Below are positions 37,167 to 45,070 of a DNA stretch of 47,804 bases, piece after piece. The position numbers were made by a program, and so were the translations under genes. Numbering within the stretch: the first letter of the stretch is position 1; every line of letters starts with the position of its first letter. Origin of the DNA: a virus (lineage: Duplodnaviria > Caudoviricetes); the IMG/VR virus record IMGVR_UViG_3300030095_001639, positions 1 to 47,804 of that record. The stretch is one strand, 5' to 3'. The notes beneath the pieces were generated by a model that was not told the DNA's origin, searched no databases, and saw nothing but the letters and a program-made list of their open reading frames with translations.

Positions 37167-38131
37167 TAGACCTCCAGGATCTTAGCTAGTCCGCCTTTAG
37201 CAAAATCTTGCACTTCGTCAATAAACGTTGCAGTCAATCTGTCGAACCTAGGACTGTCTGGTCTATTGCCTGCAGCATCTACTACGTTGTTTAAAACTCT
37301 TTTTGTAAATATCGCAATCTCTTCTGAGCTAGCGTTTGTTGGAAGCATTTCTGCAATTCTTGGACCAAAGTATTTATTAACCAATACGACTGGATCACCA
37401 GCGATGCCGCCACCGCCCTCTGTAATATATTTTATATCTTCTGCAGATACAAAGTCACTAAAAGTATTTCCGCCTTTTGCAAGGTCATCCTCTTTTAACG
37501 CCTCTACTAAAAATTCTCTAGCAACACCACGTTTACCCGGAGCATCGCCTTGATTAGTTACCACAGATCTAAATTGTGCTGCAATTGCAGGATCTTGTTT
37601 TTCTAAATTTCTAATTGTTGTTTCAGCATCTTGAATTGGTGCTGCAATATCATCTGGTCCACCACGTGAACCTGGTGGTGGTAGATCATCTATCATACTT
37701 GATGGTAATATTGTATCTCTTGGATCAACACCTTCTGGCAAGTCTATGTCATCTACTTTTGATCTTAGAGACATTAGACCTTCTTGATCCAGGTTCCTGG
37801 TCCCTGTTGCCAGGTCCGTGATGTTTGGAACTTGTTTAGGATTGAATACGTCATCAATCTTTGTCATATTAGAAAGTAATTTATTTGCTTGAACGTCGTT
37901 AAGTTTACCAGCTGTTAAGTAGCCCATAGAACTTTCTAACTCTTCTAAAATTTTATTTTTACCTAGAACACCTATTGCCTCGATATTGATGTCAGAGTCG
38001 ATGAACCCTTCAGGATTTTTACCCTTTCCTAAAAAAGTAATGTTGGACCGGGAACCAAGGACATTGTTCATGTTCCCACCTAATTTTGAAAATAGATTTA
38101 TAATTAAATTTGTTACTTCTCTTTTAGCCAT
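37166..38131 (-). CDS. Acidic hypothetical protein ending FAKGGLAKILEV
   Basis: 321-aa ORF coupled to terL. Confidence 0.65.
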   Translation of the reverse strand: MAKREVTNLIINLFSKLGGNMNNVLGSRSNITFLGKGKNPEGFIDSDINIEAIGVLGKNKILEELESSMGYLTAGKLNDVQANKLLSNMTKIDDVFNPKQVPNITDLATGTRNLDQEGLMSLRSKVDDIDLPEGVDPRDTILPSSMIDDLPPPGSRGGPDDIAAPIQDAETTIRNLEKQDPAIAAQFRSVVTNQGDAPGKRGVAREFLVEALKEDDLAKGGNTFSDFVSAEDIKYITEGGGGIAGDPVVLVNKYFGPRIAEMLPTNASSEEIAIFTKRVLNNVVDAAGNRPDSPRFDRLTATFIDEVQDFAKGGLAKILEV

Positions 38132-39608
38132 AATACTTTACGTGTCCTCTTACAATAGGCTCGTCTTGGTAATCTTCAGGATGTCGAACCAAACCACCCT
38201 GTCTAATTCTCATAATGGCTTGTGTCGTACTATCGACATAGTCATCATGTTCTCCAAATGGAAACGACGCACATTCTTCTACAACTTCCTGTGCAAAATG
38301 TTCGTGCATAGGCGCCCATATTTTTCCGCTCTCAAAAAGCGGAGCAACGGAGTTTACTCTAGCGTGTTTATCATTTCCTTTACTGGGAGTAAAGTTAATA
38401 ACTGGGATATCCATCTGTCTCAACTCATGGGTCAGAGGCAGTCCAGATGCCTTAGCCTCAACTATAACCATGTCAGGACGCCAATCTAAATACTCTTGTT
38501 GTGCTACCCTTCTTAATTCAGGAAACTCAAATCTATCCTTAAATGCATTTAATAATATAATATTCTGTCCATTGTCCTCGGTTGTAAATACACCCCACGT
38601 GGTTATGGCACTATAATCTGCGGTATCTTTTTTAGTAAATGCTGTATCATAGGATTGAACAATATAATCTATAGGTGGTGGGTATTTTTCTGTCCAATCT
38701 TGCCACCAGTCTCTTTTTAGAAGAGCCCCTTCTTCGGCTGTTGGCTGCTGCATATATTGAGCCAGCCAATTACTTACAGGAATAGATGCTTTAGTTCTGA
38801 GTAATTCTTCAGATGTCCAATACTCTGGCCACACAGGTTTTCCTGTTGGCATCAAAGCAGGTAGTTCTACAACCTCCCATTGATCAGATCCCTCCTCTCC
38901 CTGAGCCTTGAGTAATTGACCTGTAATATCTTTTGTAGACCAACGGGTCATTACAATTACAATTCTACCACCAGGCTGCAAACGTTGACGTGGACCTGAT
39001 GTGTACCAATTAATTGCTTTTTCAAAAGACTTACTGTCTTTTCTAATATCTTGTTCTTTGTGTGGATCATCAATAATTAGTAGATCAGCACCACGACCTG
39101 TGATTGCTCCACCAACACCGGCTGCAAAGTATTCACCGCCTTGTTCTGTTTTCCACTTACCAGCAGCCTGAGAATCTTCTTGGAGTCTTGTATCAAAAAG
39201 TTCTCTGTAGTTTTCTTGGTCTACAAGATTTTTAGTTTTACGACCAAAGTCAATTGCAAGATCTGCTGTGTGTGTTGCTTGAATTATTTTTAGTTTTGGA
39301 TTCTTACCGATCATCCATGCCGGGAGTAAGTATGAGGCAAACTCCGACTTTGTGTGTCTTGGCGGCATGTTTATGATCAGACGTTTAATCTTGCCCTGAG
39401 CGAGTTGATTAAATTTTTTATTAATAATTTTATGGTGGGACCCCTCTATAAATTCAGGCCACACATACTTTACAAAACTCAAGAAGTTTCTCTCAATGTG
39501 GGGACGAGCATCGTCTAAAGCTACGCTTCGTTCTAGTTCTATTAGTTTGGAGTTTTCTTCCGGAGTCAATCCGTCAAATTTTTTTATAATATTTTTTTCG
39601 TTTTGCAT
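38124..39608 (-). CDS. terL: Terminase large subunit
   Basis: Walker A-like MPPRHTKS, Walker B LLIIDDP, MTRW coupling motif, RNase H-like SYDTA, EAKASG, HDDYVDS. Confidence 0.95.
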   Translation of the reverse strand: MQNEKNIIKKFDGLTPEENSKLIELERSVALDDARPHIERNFLSFVKYVWPEFIEGSHHKIINKKFNQLAQGKIKRLIINMPPRHTKSEFASYLLPAWMIGKNPKLKIIQATHTADLAIDFGRKTKNLVDQENYRELFDTRLQEDSQAAGKWKTEQGGEYFAAGVGGAITGRGADLLIIDDPHKEQDIRKDSKSFEKAINWYTSGPRQRLQPGGRIVIVMTRWSTKDITGQLLKAQGEEGSDQWEVVELPALMPTGKPVWPEYWTSEELLRTKASIPVSNWLAQYMQQPTAEEGALLKRDWWQDWTEKYPPPIDYIVQSYDTAFTKKDTADYSAITTWGVFTTEDNGQNIILLNAFKDRFEFPELRRVAQQEYLDWRPDMVIVEAKASGLPLTHELRQMDIPVINFTPSKGNDKHARVNSVAPLFESGKIWAPMHEHFAQEVVEECASFPFGEHDDYVDSTTQAIMRIRQGGLVRHPEDYQDEPIVRGHVKYYG

Positions 39609-39759
39609 ATCAAGAATATGTTTTCAAAACATATACCATAATCGTCTAAATCTTCAACTATAGACAGACTTAGGATCCCTTTTGTCTGCAGGGGGGTATT
39701 GCCTTTTTGTTTTGCGATCTAGAATGTCATTGGGCCTGGTACCTCTATCGATTGCACTG

Positions 39760-39775
39760 GGGGTGGGCCCACCCC
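39760..39775. repeat. Perfect 16-bp palindrome GGGGTGGGCCCACCCC
   Basis: Read directly; GGGGTGGGCCC recurs at 41365-41375. Confidence 0.85.
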
Positions 39776-39925
39776 GTATTTTCAAGCTTGAGCTATGCAG
39801 TTTTTGCATGGGATATTGTGGGAAAAGGTATGCAATACCTGCATGGGATATTATGGCAATATCCTATGCAGTTACTGCATGGCCCTCTGGGATTAGCCTC
39901 ACCCCCCAGGGCCAAGCGATATTAA

Positions 39926-40204
39926 CTAGAACGGAAGTTGATCCTGTTCTGGTTGATGATCCTCAGTCACCTCTTCAGTTAATGGTAGTGGTTTTTCAAT
40001 TGCACTAAAATTAACTTTCTGTAAGTGATAGGAATTTCTTTTCCTGTCCTCGTTCAATGTATCAAGAGCAAGTATTTTTTTAACTGCATCTGTTAAACTA
40101 TAAACTTCTGCATTATAGATTGAGTACATTGGGGTTGTGTATTGATAAGACTTCTCGTGAATAATCATGTATTTATCTGTCATAATTATAACCCTATTGT
40201 CCAA
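39926..40204 (-). CDS. Small early hypothetical protein
   Basis: ORF-track entry; start may be MTDKY; ends QLPF. Confidence 0.6.
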   Translation of the reverse strand: MDNRVIIMTDKYMIIHEKSYQYTTPMYSIYNAEVYSLTDAVKKILALDTLNEDRKRNSYHLQKVNFSAIEKPLPLTEEVTEDHQPEQDQLPF

Positions 40205-40377
40205 GTATCACTGGCAGTTCTATAACCATCTTGATCGAGATCAAAATAAGTCATTAAAGTTCTGCCACCTTTTGAGATCCAATACTTACTTTGATCTGTC
40301 CAAAGTGCTTTTCTTGTGATTGTTTTTTTATCACTGGCACTATAATAAGTGATAGTGAATTGTTTGTTTGTTATCAT
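40186..40377 (-). CDS. Small early hypothetical protein
   Basis: Downstream of a sigma70 promoter and AGAAAGCGAT RBS; TYFD.D..GYRTA. Confidence 0.7.
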   Translation of the reverse strand: MITNKQFTITYYSASDKKTITRKALWTDQSKYWISKGGRTLMTYFDLDQDGYRTASDTWTIGL

Positions 40378-40406
40378 TTATTTATCGCTTTCTAGATACT
40401 TTTTGT

Positions 40407-40445
40407 ATCTGGGATTAATGTATATTAATCCCAGATTGTAGTCAA
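40407..40445 (-). promoter_or_regulatory. Sigma70 promoter overlapped by a 13-bp perfect inverted repeat
   Basis: TTGACT-N17-TACATT on the minus strand; ATCTGGGATTAAT-N4-ATTAATCCCAGAT at 40407-40436. Confidence 0.7.
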
Positions 40446-40453
40446 GTGTTATT

Positions 40454-41032
40454 TTAATTAATTGTTTGGTCAGTTGGGGGTAGTGCCTTAACTTCTCTAT
40501 TCCAACTTAAGCCGTCTTTTTGCAAGTTACTATGCAACGTAGCTTTTAAACTATCCGGGCTTCCTGCTTCCATAATCTCTTTATATGAAGCCCGTTTGTT
40601 TTCCTCCAATGTTGCAAGTATTTTGCCCTCGGGTGTTTTCTTAATTTTTGCCCGCGCAAAATCCCCGGCCCATTCTCTAATCTGTTCCCAACAGTCATCC
40701 GGGGTTATTTTATTAGAACCATAACTGCTAAAAATATCAAACTCTTTTTCTTTAAATTTATAGTTGATATCTTTTTTCGCGTGTTTGGTTTTATTAAAGA
40801 ACCTGGCCGCTTTACTCATTTTACTTTTTACAGTTTCAATAGCTTCCTGCAATTCCTCAATAATTGGTGTTGCTCCAATATCATCTGCCAGATTTTTTTC
40901 TGCTATCTCTATTGCTTCTGCTTCTATTGATTTTAATTTCAATTCCGCAGCGTTAATTAACGGGTCATAGTTTCGGTTTAACTCTGAAACAAAATGATCC
41001 CGCTGCCATTTTTGCATTGTGCTTTTAGTCAT
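40454..41032 (-). CDS. Early hypothetical protein (helical)
   Basis: 192 aa; promoter and AGAAAGCGAG RBS upstream. Confidence 0.7.
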   Translation of the reverse strand: MTKSTMQKWQRDHFVSELNRNYDPLINAAELKLKSIEAEAIEIAEKNLADDIGATPIIEELQEAIETVKSKMSKAARFFNKTKHAKKDINYKFKEKEFDIFSSYGSNKITPDDCWEQIREWAGDFARAKIKKTPEGKILATLEENKRASYKEIMEAGSPDSLKATLHSNLQKDGLSWNREVKALPPTDQTIN

Positions 41033-41066
41033 GTTTTCTCGCTTTCTTTTGTTTGTTAAAAATAAA

Positions 41067-41106
41067 TTTATATATTAGTTGACAACCCCTGTCAATAGGA
41101 TATTGT
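41067..41106. promoter_or_regulatory. Overlapping divergent sigma70 promoters
   Basis: TTGACA-ACCCC-TGTCAA at 41079-41095; minus TTGACA-N17-TATAAA; plus TTGACA-N16-TATTGT. Confidence 0.7.
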
Positions 41107-41195
41107 GGGATGCATAGCCTTTTTGTATATTTATCGCTATTCAAAACTCGAAAATATTCTGGGGACTTGCACCTACAAAAGCAAGTAGGATCAAA

Positions 41196-41335
41196 GCGTG
41201 GCAGACGGCCTCTTAGCAATGCCAGAGAATCCGCGCCTGATCCCTGGTCCTGTCAAGAGAGTCCAGCTGGGAACCTCGGAGGCAGGACCTGGGATCAGTG
41301 GTTATATGGCCCTGCGGGCCTGACGTAAACAGCCA
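41196..41335 (+). ncRNA. Candidate structured non-coding RNA (strand inferred from the upstream promoter)
   Basis: GC-rich island; 18-bp imperfect stem 41237-41254/41281-41298; flanking smaller hairpins. Confidence 0.4.
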
Positions 41336-41409
41336 CAAGCTCCAAGCCGCAAGCTTTATTTTTTGGGGTGGGCCCGCCCGGAAAATTTCAAGCCTTAAAA
41401 ATTTTTTAG

Positions 41410-41437
41410 TTGACAAGCCCGCAAGCTGGTATATTAT
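41410..41437 (+). promoter_or_regulatory. Sigma70 promoter
   Basis: TTGACA-N16-TATTAT followed by GGGAT, upstream of ATG 41462. Confidence 0.7.
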
Positions 41438-41461
41438 GGGATTTTAGAAAGTGAGAACATT

Positions 41462-42067
41462 ATGAAAGTAAAACAAGCAAAAAAGTTAACCGGGTCACTG
41501 ACTCGAACGTCCAAGATGCCGGGGCTATCTTATAGTCTGCCAGCATGGGAATGCAAAACGGGCAGCAAGCTTAGAAAAATTAAAGGCAGCGTTTGCGCTA
41601 GCTGTTACGCTCTGAAGGGTAACTATACAAGATACAAAGCAATAAAAGCTGCTCAATATGTAAGATTAAAAAAATTAAAAAATAAAACCTGGATCACTGC
41701 GATGGTAACACAAATTAAAAACCAGCGCTGGTTTAGATGGCACGACGCCGGAGACATCCAAAGCATGGAGCATCTAGAAAAAATTTTTGAAGTTTGTAAA
41801 CAAACGCCTGGCACTATGCACTGGATGCCAACTAGAGAAGCGCAATTTTTAAAAGATCTTGAACCCGGGACAGTTCCAAAAAATTTAATTATTCGAATGA
41901 GTTCTCACATGGTGGACCAGGGACCAGTTAAATTCTGGCCTTGGACTTCCACTGTAACAAGCACGGGCGGCGCCAGCTGCCCGGCTCCCAAGCAGGGCGG
42001 CAAGTGTGGGGATTGTCGACAATGTTGGGACAGATCAACGCCTAATATTAGCTACGGCAAACACTAG
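41462..42067 (+). CDS. Gp88-like Cys-rich protein (possible Fe-S / radical-SAM-related)
   Basis: SKMPG..SLPA..C...........C..CYA.KG.Y, FRWHDAGD, HWMPTRE, C-terminal CPA...C.DCR.CW. Confidence 0.7.
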   Translation: MKVKQAKKLTGSLTRTSKMPGLSYSLPAWECKTGSKLRKIKGSVCASCYALKGNYTRYKAIKAAQYVRLKKLKNKTWITAMVTQIKNQRWFRWHDAGDIQSMEHLEKIFEVCKQTPGTMHWMPTREAQFLKDLEPGTVPKNLIIRMSSHMVDQGPVKFWPWTSTVTSTGGASCPAPKQGGKCGDCRQCWDRSTPNISYGKH

Positions 42068-42126
42068 CCGTGGCCCATGAATTCCGGCACCCGAAATATT
42101 ATGCTGAGCTTCGTAAACTTAGAGCT

Positions 42127-42274
42127 CAAGCTTTCAAGCGTCCAAGCTCTCAAGCAGACGAACCGCAGGTTCCAAGCCTTCCCTCAAAGGCTCAAGCTTC
42201 AAGCCAGAGTCAACAAGCTCCAGGATCCGATGACCAGGGTACAAGCGAACCTTCCCCTTGTCCGGGGAACAAGC
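42127..42274 (+). repeat. Cluster of 10 co-oriented CAAGC pentamers
   Basis: Copies at 42127, 42135, 42143, 42151, 42173, 42193, 42200, 42214, 42242, 42270. Confidence 0.8.
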
Positions 42275-42526
42275 AACAAGAATAAATGTATTTAAATTAT
42301 GTTTCACGTGGAAACTAATTTGGTGGGGTGAGAAGCGTATTTTGCCCTTATTTTTTTCTGAATTGTATACTAATGTATACTTCAATTCAACAGTGAAAAA
42401 CCTGCCAAGATCATTATAACCCAATAGATCGGGAGTGCCCAATAAGCTACGGTTTTCCAGTCTTGTCCAACTAATTTTACTTTTAATTCCTTTAAGCTCA
42501 CGCCACAAATCCTTCTCTTTTTTCAA
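42134..42526 (-). CDS. PD-(D/E)XK nuclease, Holliday junction resolvase / VRR-NUC-like
   Basis: E..LW, R.EN....G.PDLLG, F.VELK, SPHQI.FH. Confidence 0.75.
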   Translation of the reverse strand: MKKEKDLWRELKGIKSKISWTRLENRSLLGTPDLLGYNDLGRFFTVELKYTLVYNSEKNKGKIRFSPHQISFHVKHNLNTFILVACSPDKGKVRLYPGHRILELVDSGLKLEPLREGLEPAVRLLESLDA

Positions 42527-42544
42527 GTGGTATACCTCTCGGGT

Positions 42545-42772
42545 TTAGAGCTTGCCGACAATCTTTGGCATCTTCCAAGTTCCGCCTAGTTTAACACCTT
42601 TTATGTTTAGAATGTGTGTGTCTCTATCACCAATCATTCTAGATTCCAAGAGTTGAATTTCCATTACATCTAATTTTTCTCCATTAGGCATCTCAATCTG
42701 TACTCTTGCTTGTTGTGCTGTGGGGGATACTAAAAATTTATCTAAAAATTGTCTTAATTCTTTCGCTTTCAT
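42545..42772 (-). CDS. Small hypothetical protein
   Basis: ORF-track entry; TTGCAA-N17-TATATA immediately upstream. Confidence 0.65.
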   Translation of the reverse strand: MKAKELRQFLDKFLVSPTAQQARVQIEMPNGEKLDVMEIQLLESRMIGDRDTHILNIKGVKLGGTWKMPKIVGKL

Positions 42773-42777
42773 AGGGG

Positions 42778-42810
42778 TTGATATATATCCTAGATACAGC
42801 TATATTGCAA
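42778..42810. promoter_or_regulatory. Divergent promoter pair, possibly giving leaderless transcripts
   Basis: Plus TTGATA-N17-TATATT ending 6 nt before ATG 42813; minus TTGCAA-N17-TATATA before ATG 42772. Confidence 0.5.
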
Positions 42811-42812
42811 GC

Positions 42813-43283
42813 ATGAGTCAAGAAATTGTCAAAAAGAAGGCAGCCTATCCTCAAGAACTTACAGAGATGCAACGTAGGTTCTGTGAATATTTAATTATGA
42901 ATGAGGGTAGAACCACCTACAAAGATGCAGCCATAGCTGCTGGCTATGCGGAGAAGTATGCTATCCAGGAAGCTTCTGGTCTTATGTCTAATCCAAAAGT
43001 ATTAAGATATCTCCAGCACAGAGGTAATGAAGTAAACAGAGCGTTTACTGTTACAAAAACTAATTATGTCAGAAGACAACAAGTATTATCTCAGGCACTA
43101 GTAGATCAAGGTAAGATAGAAAAGGCACTGGGATATGAGAATTTAATTGGTAAAGCTACCGGTCAATTTGTAGATATACATCTACACGGTAACCTAAATG
43201 ATCTAACTAAAGATGAAAAACTACAAGAGATCAAACGTCTAAGAGAACTAAAGGAAGAACGATTACAACTTGTCAAAGAGTAA
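42813..43283 (+). CDS. terS: Terminase small subunit (putative)
   Basis: LT..QRRF...........AAI.AGY....A...AS.L..NP.V HTH signature; start chosen at MSQEIV. Confidence 0.7.
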   Translation: MSQEIVKKKAAYPQELTEMQRRFCEYLIMNEGRTTYKDAAIAAGYAEKYAIQEASGLMSNPKVLRYLQHRGNEVNRAFTVTKTNYVRRQQVLSQALVDQGKIEKALGYENLIGKATGQFVDIHLHGNLNDLTKDEKLQEIKRLRELKEERLQLVKE

Positions 43284-43560
43284 TCTTTTCTAATTTAACA
43301 ATACACCCCACAGGAAATATATTACGGTCTGAAAATGAAACGTCTTTATCTTCATATGATGCGAATGTCCAAACGAACTTGGAAGTTCTTTTGTATATGT
43401 ATGCATGCGTTATCATTTTGCTGCATTCGAATTTATCAAATTCTTCGACTGATGCATGGCCTGCATCCCCGGTTATATCAATCCACTCTAGTCGATAAAA
43501 ATAATACTTCTTCGAACCGATCACGACGTGTTTAAACTTTGATTTCTTTTTCCTTCTCAT
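43273..43560 (-). CDS. Small hypothetical protein (W.DI..D.G motif)
   Basis: EWIDITGDAG, FASY, IFP.GCI. Confidence 0.65.
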   Translation of the reverse strand: MRRKKKSKFKHVVIGSKKYYFYRLEWIDITGDAGHASVEEFDKFECSKMITHAYIYKRTSKFVWTFASYEDKDVSFSDRNIFPVGCIVKLEKITL

Positions 43561-43660
43561 GGTCGCAGTATACTACCTGTCTCAGATATTTTTAAATTAA
43601 AAATGTAATTCATATGCGCGCGACCCTTAAATCGTTGCTATTGCTTGCTTTTTTAAACAT

Positions 43661-43873
43661 TTGTATCTTTTGTATCCAATTGTATCCTGCTCTAAGATAC
43701 AAATTTGAGCGAATAAGTGTTGGTATATAACACTTCTAGAATTTGTATCCTTTGTAACCGGTTTTAAAAAAAAATAAAAATGATTTTGTTTTTTTATACA
43801 GAAAATAGTATACAAACACCCCATGATGAAATTACTCAATAAAACACTGGAGTTTTTAATCATTTTTTGTATC
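43661..43873. repeat. Iteron-like TTGTATC repeats with A/T tracts
   Basis: TTGTATC at 43661, 43670, 43680, 43743, 43867; inverted copy at 43696; TTGTAAC at 43752. Confidence 0.7.
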
Positions 43874-44566
43874 TTTTGCCTCTTTTTGACTTGGTACATT
43901 TTTATAATATTGATCTACCCTCTTCAAAAATTCGTGTTGGTAGCCCACAAATTCCTTTCCGGTAACCTCAAACTTCTGAAAAAATAAATCTTTACTGCAC
44001 ATTAGAATCACTCCAGATTGTATTTTAGTGTCGTATACACAGTTATGGGCCATTGCATACCCACCCAATTGACAAAAGTAGTCATCTATCCATTCTCTTT
44101 TCTTTGGTTTGTTTGTCTGTTTAAAATCTATGATTGCCTCATTCCCGCCATAAACTCCCACAATGTCCGTGGCCCCCGCATATAGGTCAGGATAGTACAA
44201 GGTAACTTCTTGGCCCCAAACTTCTTCCAGGTCCCCGAGCCCTGATTCTATTATCTTTTTAGCCATAGGTTCGGCTTCCTTACCTATCGATGTCAGGTCC
44301 TTGTGCCCTGTTCCGTCAATATAACACTCAAGGTACTTGTGCATGGCTGTACCACGCATTGCCGATATGTCTCTGATTCTGTCTGCATACTGCGGACCCA
44401 TTCTTTCTCTCCAGGAGGCAAGACTCTTTCTCTTCTCTTCCGACTGTGTTGCAGATAGGATAGTGGTTACCGATGGCAGCTTCTGACCTGTTATGTCATA
44501 GTGCCTTTTACCATTGATCAATGCCCGCGTAGATGTCGGGTACTCAAATTTATTTATTCTTTTCAT
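43856..44566 (-). CDS. PD-(D/E)XK exonuclease (Cas4/MGME1-like)
   Basis: PSVTTIL, RGT.MH, E..L, YAG.TD, IIDFKQ, Q..GYA.A. Confidence 0.85.
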   Translation of the reverse strand: MKRINKFEYPTSTRALINGKRHYDITGQKLPSVTTILSATQSEEKRKSLASWRERMGPQYADRIRDISAMRGTAMHKYLECYIDGTGHKDLTSIGKEAEPMAKKIIESGLGDLEEVWGQEVTLYYPDLYAGATDIVGVYGGNEAIIDFKQTNKPKKREWIDDYFCQLGGYAMAHNCVYDTKIQSGVILMCSKDLFFQKFEVTGKEFVGYQHEFLKRVDQYYKNVPSQKEAKDTKND

Positions 44567-44657
44567 TATAGTTTATAATCCACCAAGCTATAAATCCGCC
44601 AATGACTATGCCTAACATACCAATTGCAAAAAATCCTATTCCATACGCAGCTGTCAT
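44550..44657 (-). CDS. 35-aa single-TM peptide (MTAAYGIGFFAIGMLGIVIGGFIAWWIINYNEKNK)
   Basis: Hand-translated; ATGA overlap with the upstream stop. Confidence 0.55.
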   Translation of the reverse strand: MTAAYGIGFFAIGMLGIVIGGFIAWWIINYNEKNK

Positions 44658-45070
44658 TCAACACTCATCCATAGTTTATAAGCTTCTAAATTTACAATAT
44701 TACCATTCATCACTTTACTATCACCGTAGTGATCAATGATCTTTTGAATTTTATCTACCTTAGTATGTGAGTATGGCCAAAACAATCTCGCAACATAATA
44801 CGCGTCTCTAAAACCACATTGCCAACGCCATTGTTGTTTTCTACCAAGAGAGCCTCTACCGTTCTTTCTTTTATTAACAGTTCCAACTCCTAATACTTCA
44901 TGTATATATCTTAGCGTAGACTCATCAGTCATAGCCATTTCTAATCTTATCTGCCAGGTGAGGTATGGTTTCTTATTATGCTTTCTCTTACGCATGTATT
45001 GTTTGTATTGTATATGACCTTCGCCATCAAACAATCCTGCAATATACGCTATATCAGTCTCACTTGTCAT
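44654..45070 (-). CDS. Single-motif LAGLIDADG endonuclease-like protein
   Basis: IAYIAGLFDGEG helix; .MTD...L..I...LG.G; W.W. Confidence 0.8.
   Translation of the reverse strand: MTSETDIAYIAGLFDGEGHIQYKQYMRKRKHNKKPYLTWQIRLEMAMTDESTLRYIHEVLGVGTVNKRKNGRGSLGRKQQWRWQCGFRDAYYVARLFWPYSHTKVDKIQKIIDHYGDSKVMNGNIVNLEAYKLWMSVE

Noticed and set aside
39682-40008. Plus-strand ORFs 39682-40008 and 39707-39925
   Set aside because: Non-ATG starts, run through palindromic regulatory-looking DNA, atypical composition
41025-41416. Three short overlapping ORFs over the GC-rich island
   Set aside because: They overlap each other and promoter elements and lack an RBS; RNA structure explains the region better
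42070-42295. ORFs 42070-42285 and 42077-42295
   Set aside because: Mostly antisense to the resolvase-like gene and made of CAAGC repeats; a short real peptide cannot be excluded
42127-43873. CAAGC and TTGTATC repeats near a Cas4-like nuclease as a possible CRISPR or mini-array
   Set aside because: Repeats are only 5-7 bp with no regular 25-45 bp repeat-spacer structure; the nuclease is a common phage exonuclease type
43627-43899. 90-aa minus-strand ORF
   Set aside because: Crosses homopolymer tracts and iteron-like repeats; no supporting motif
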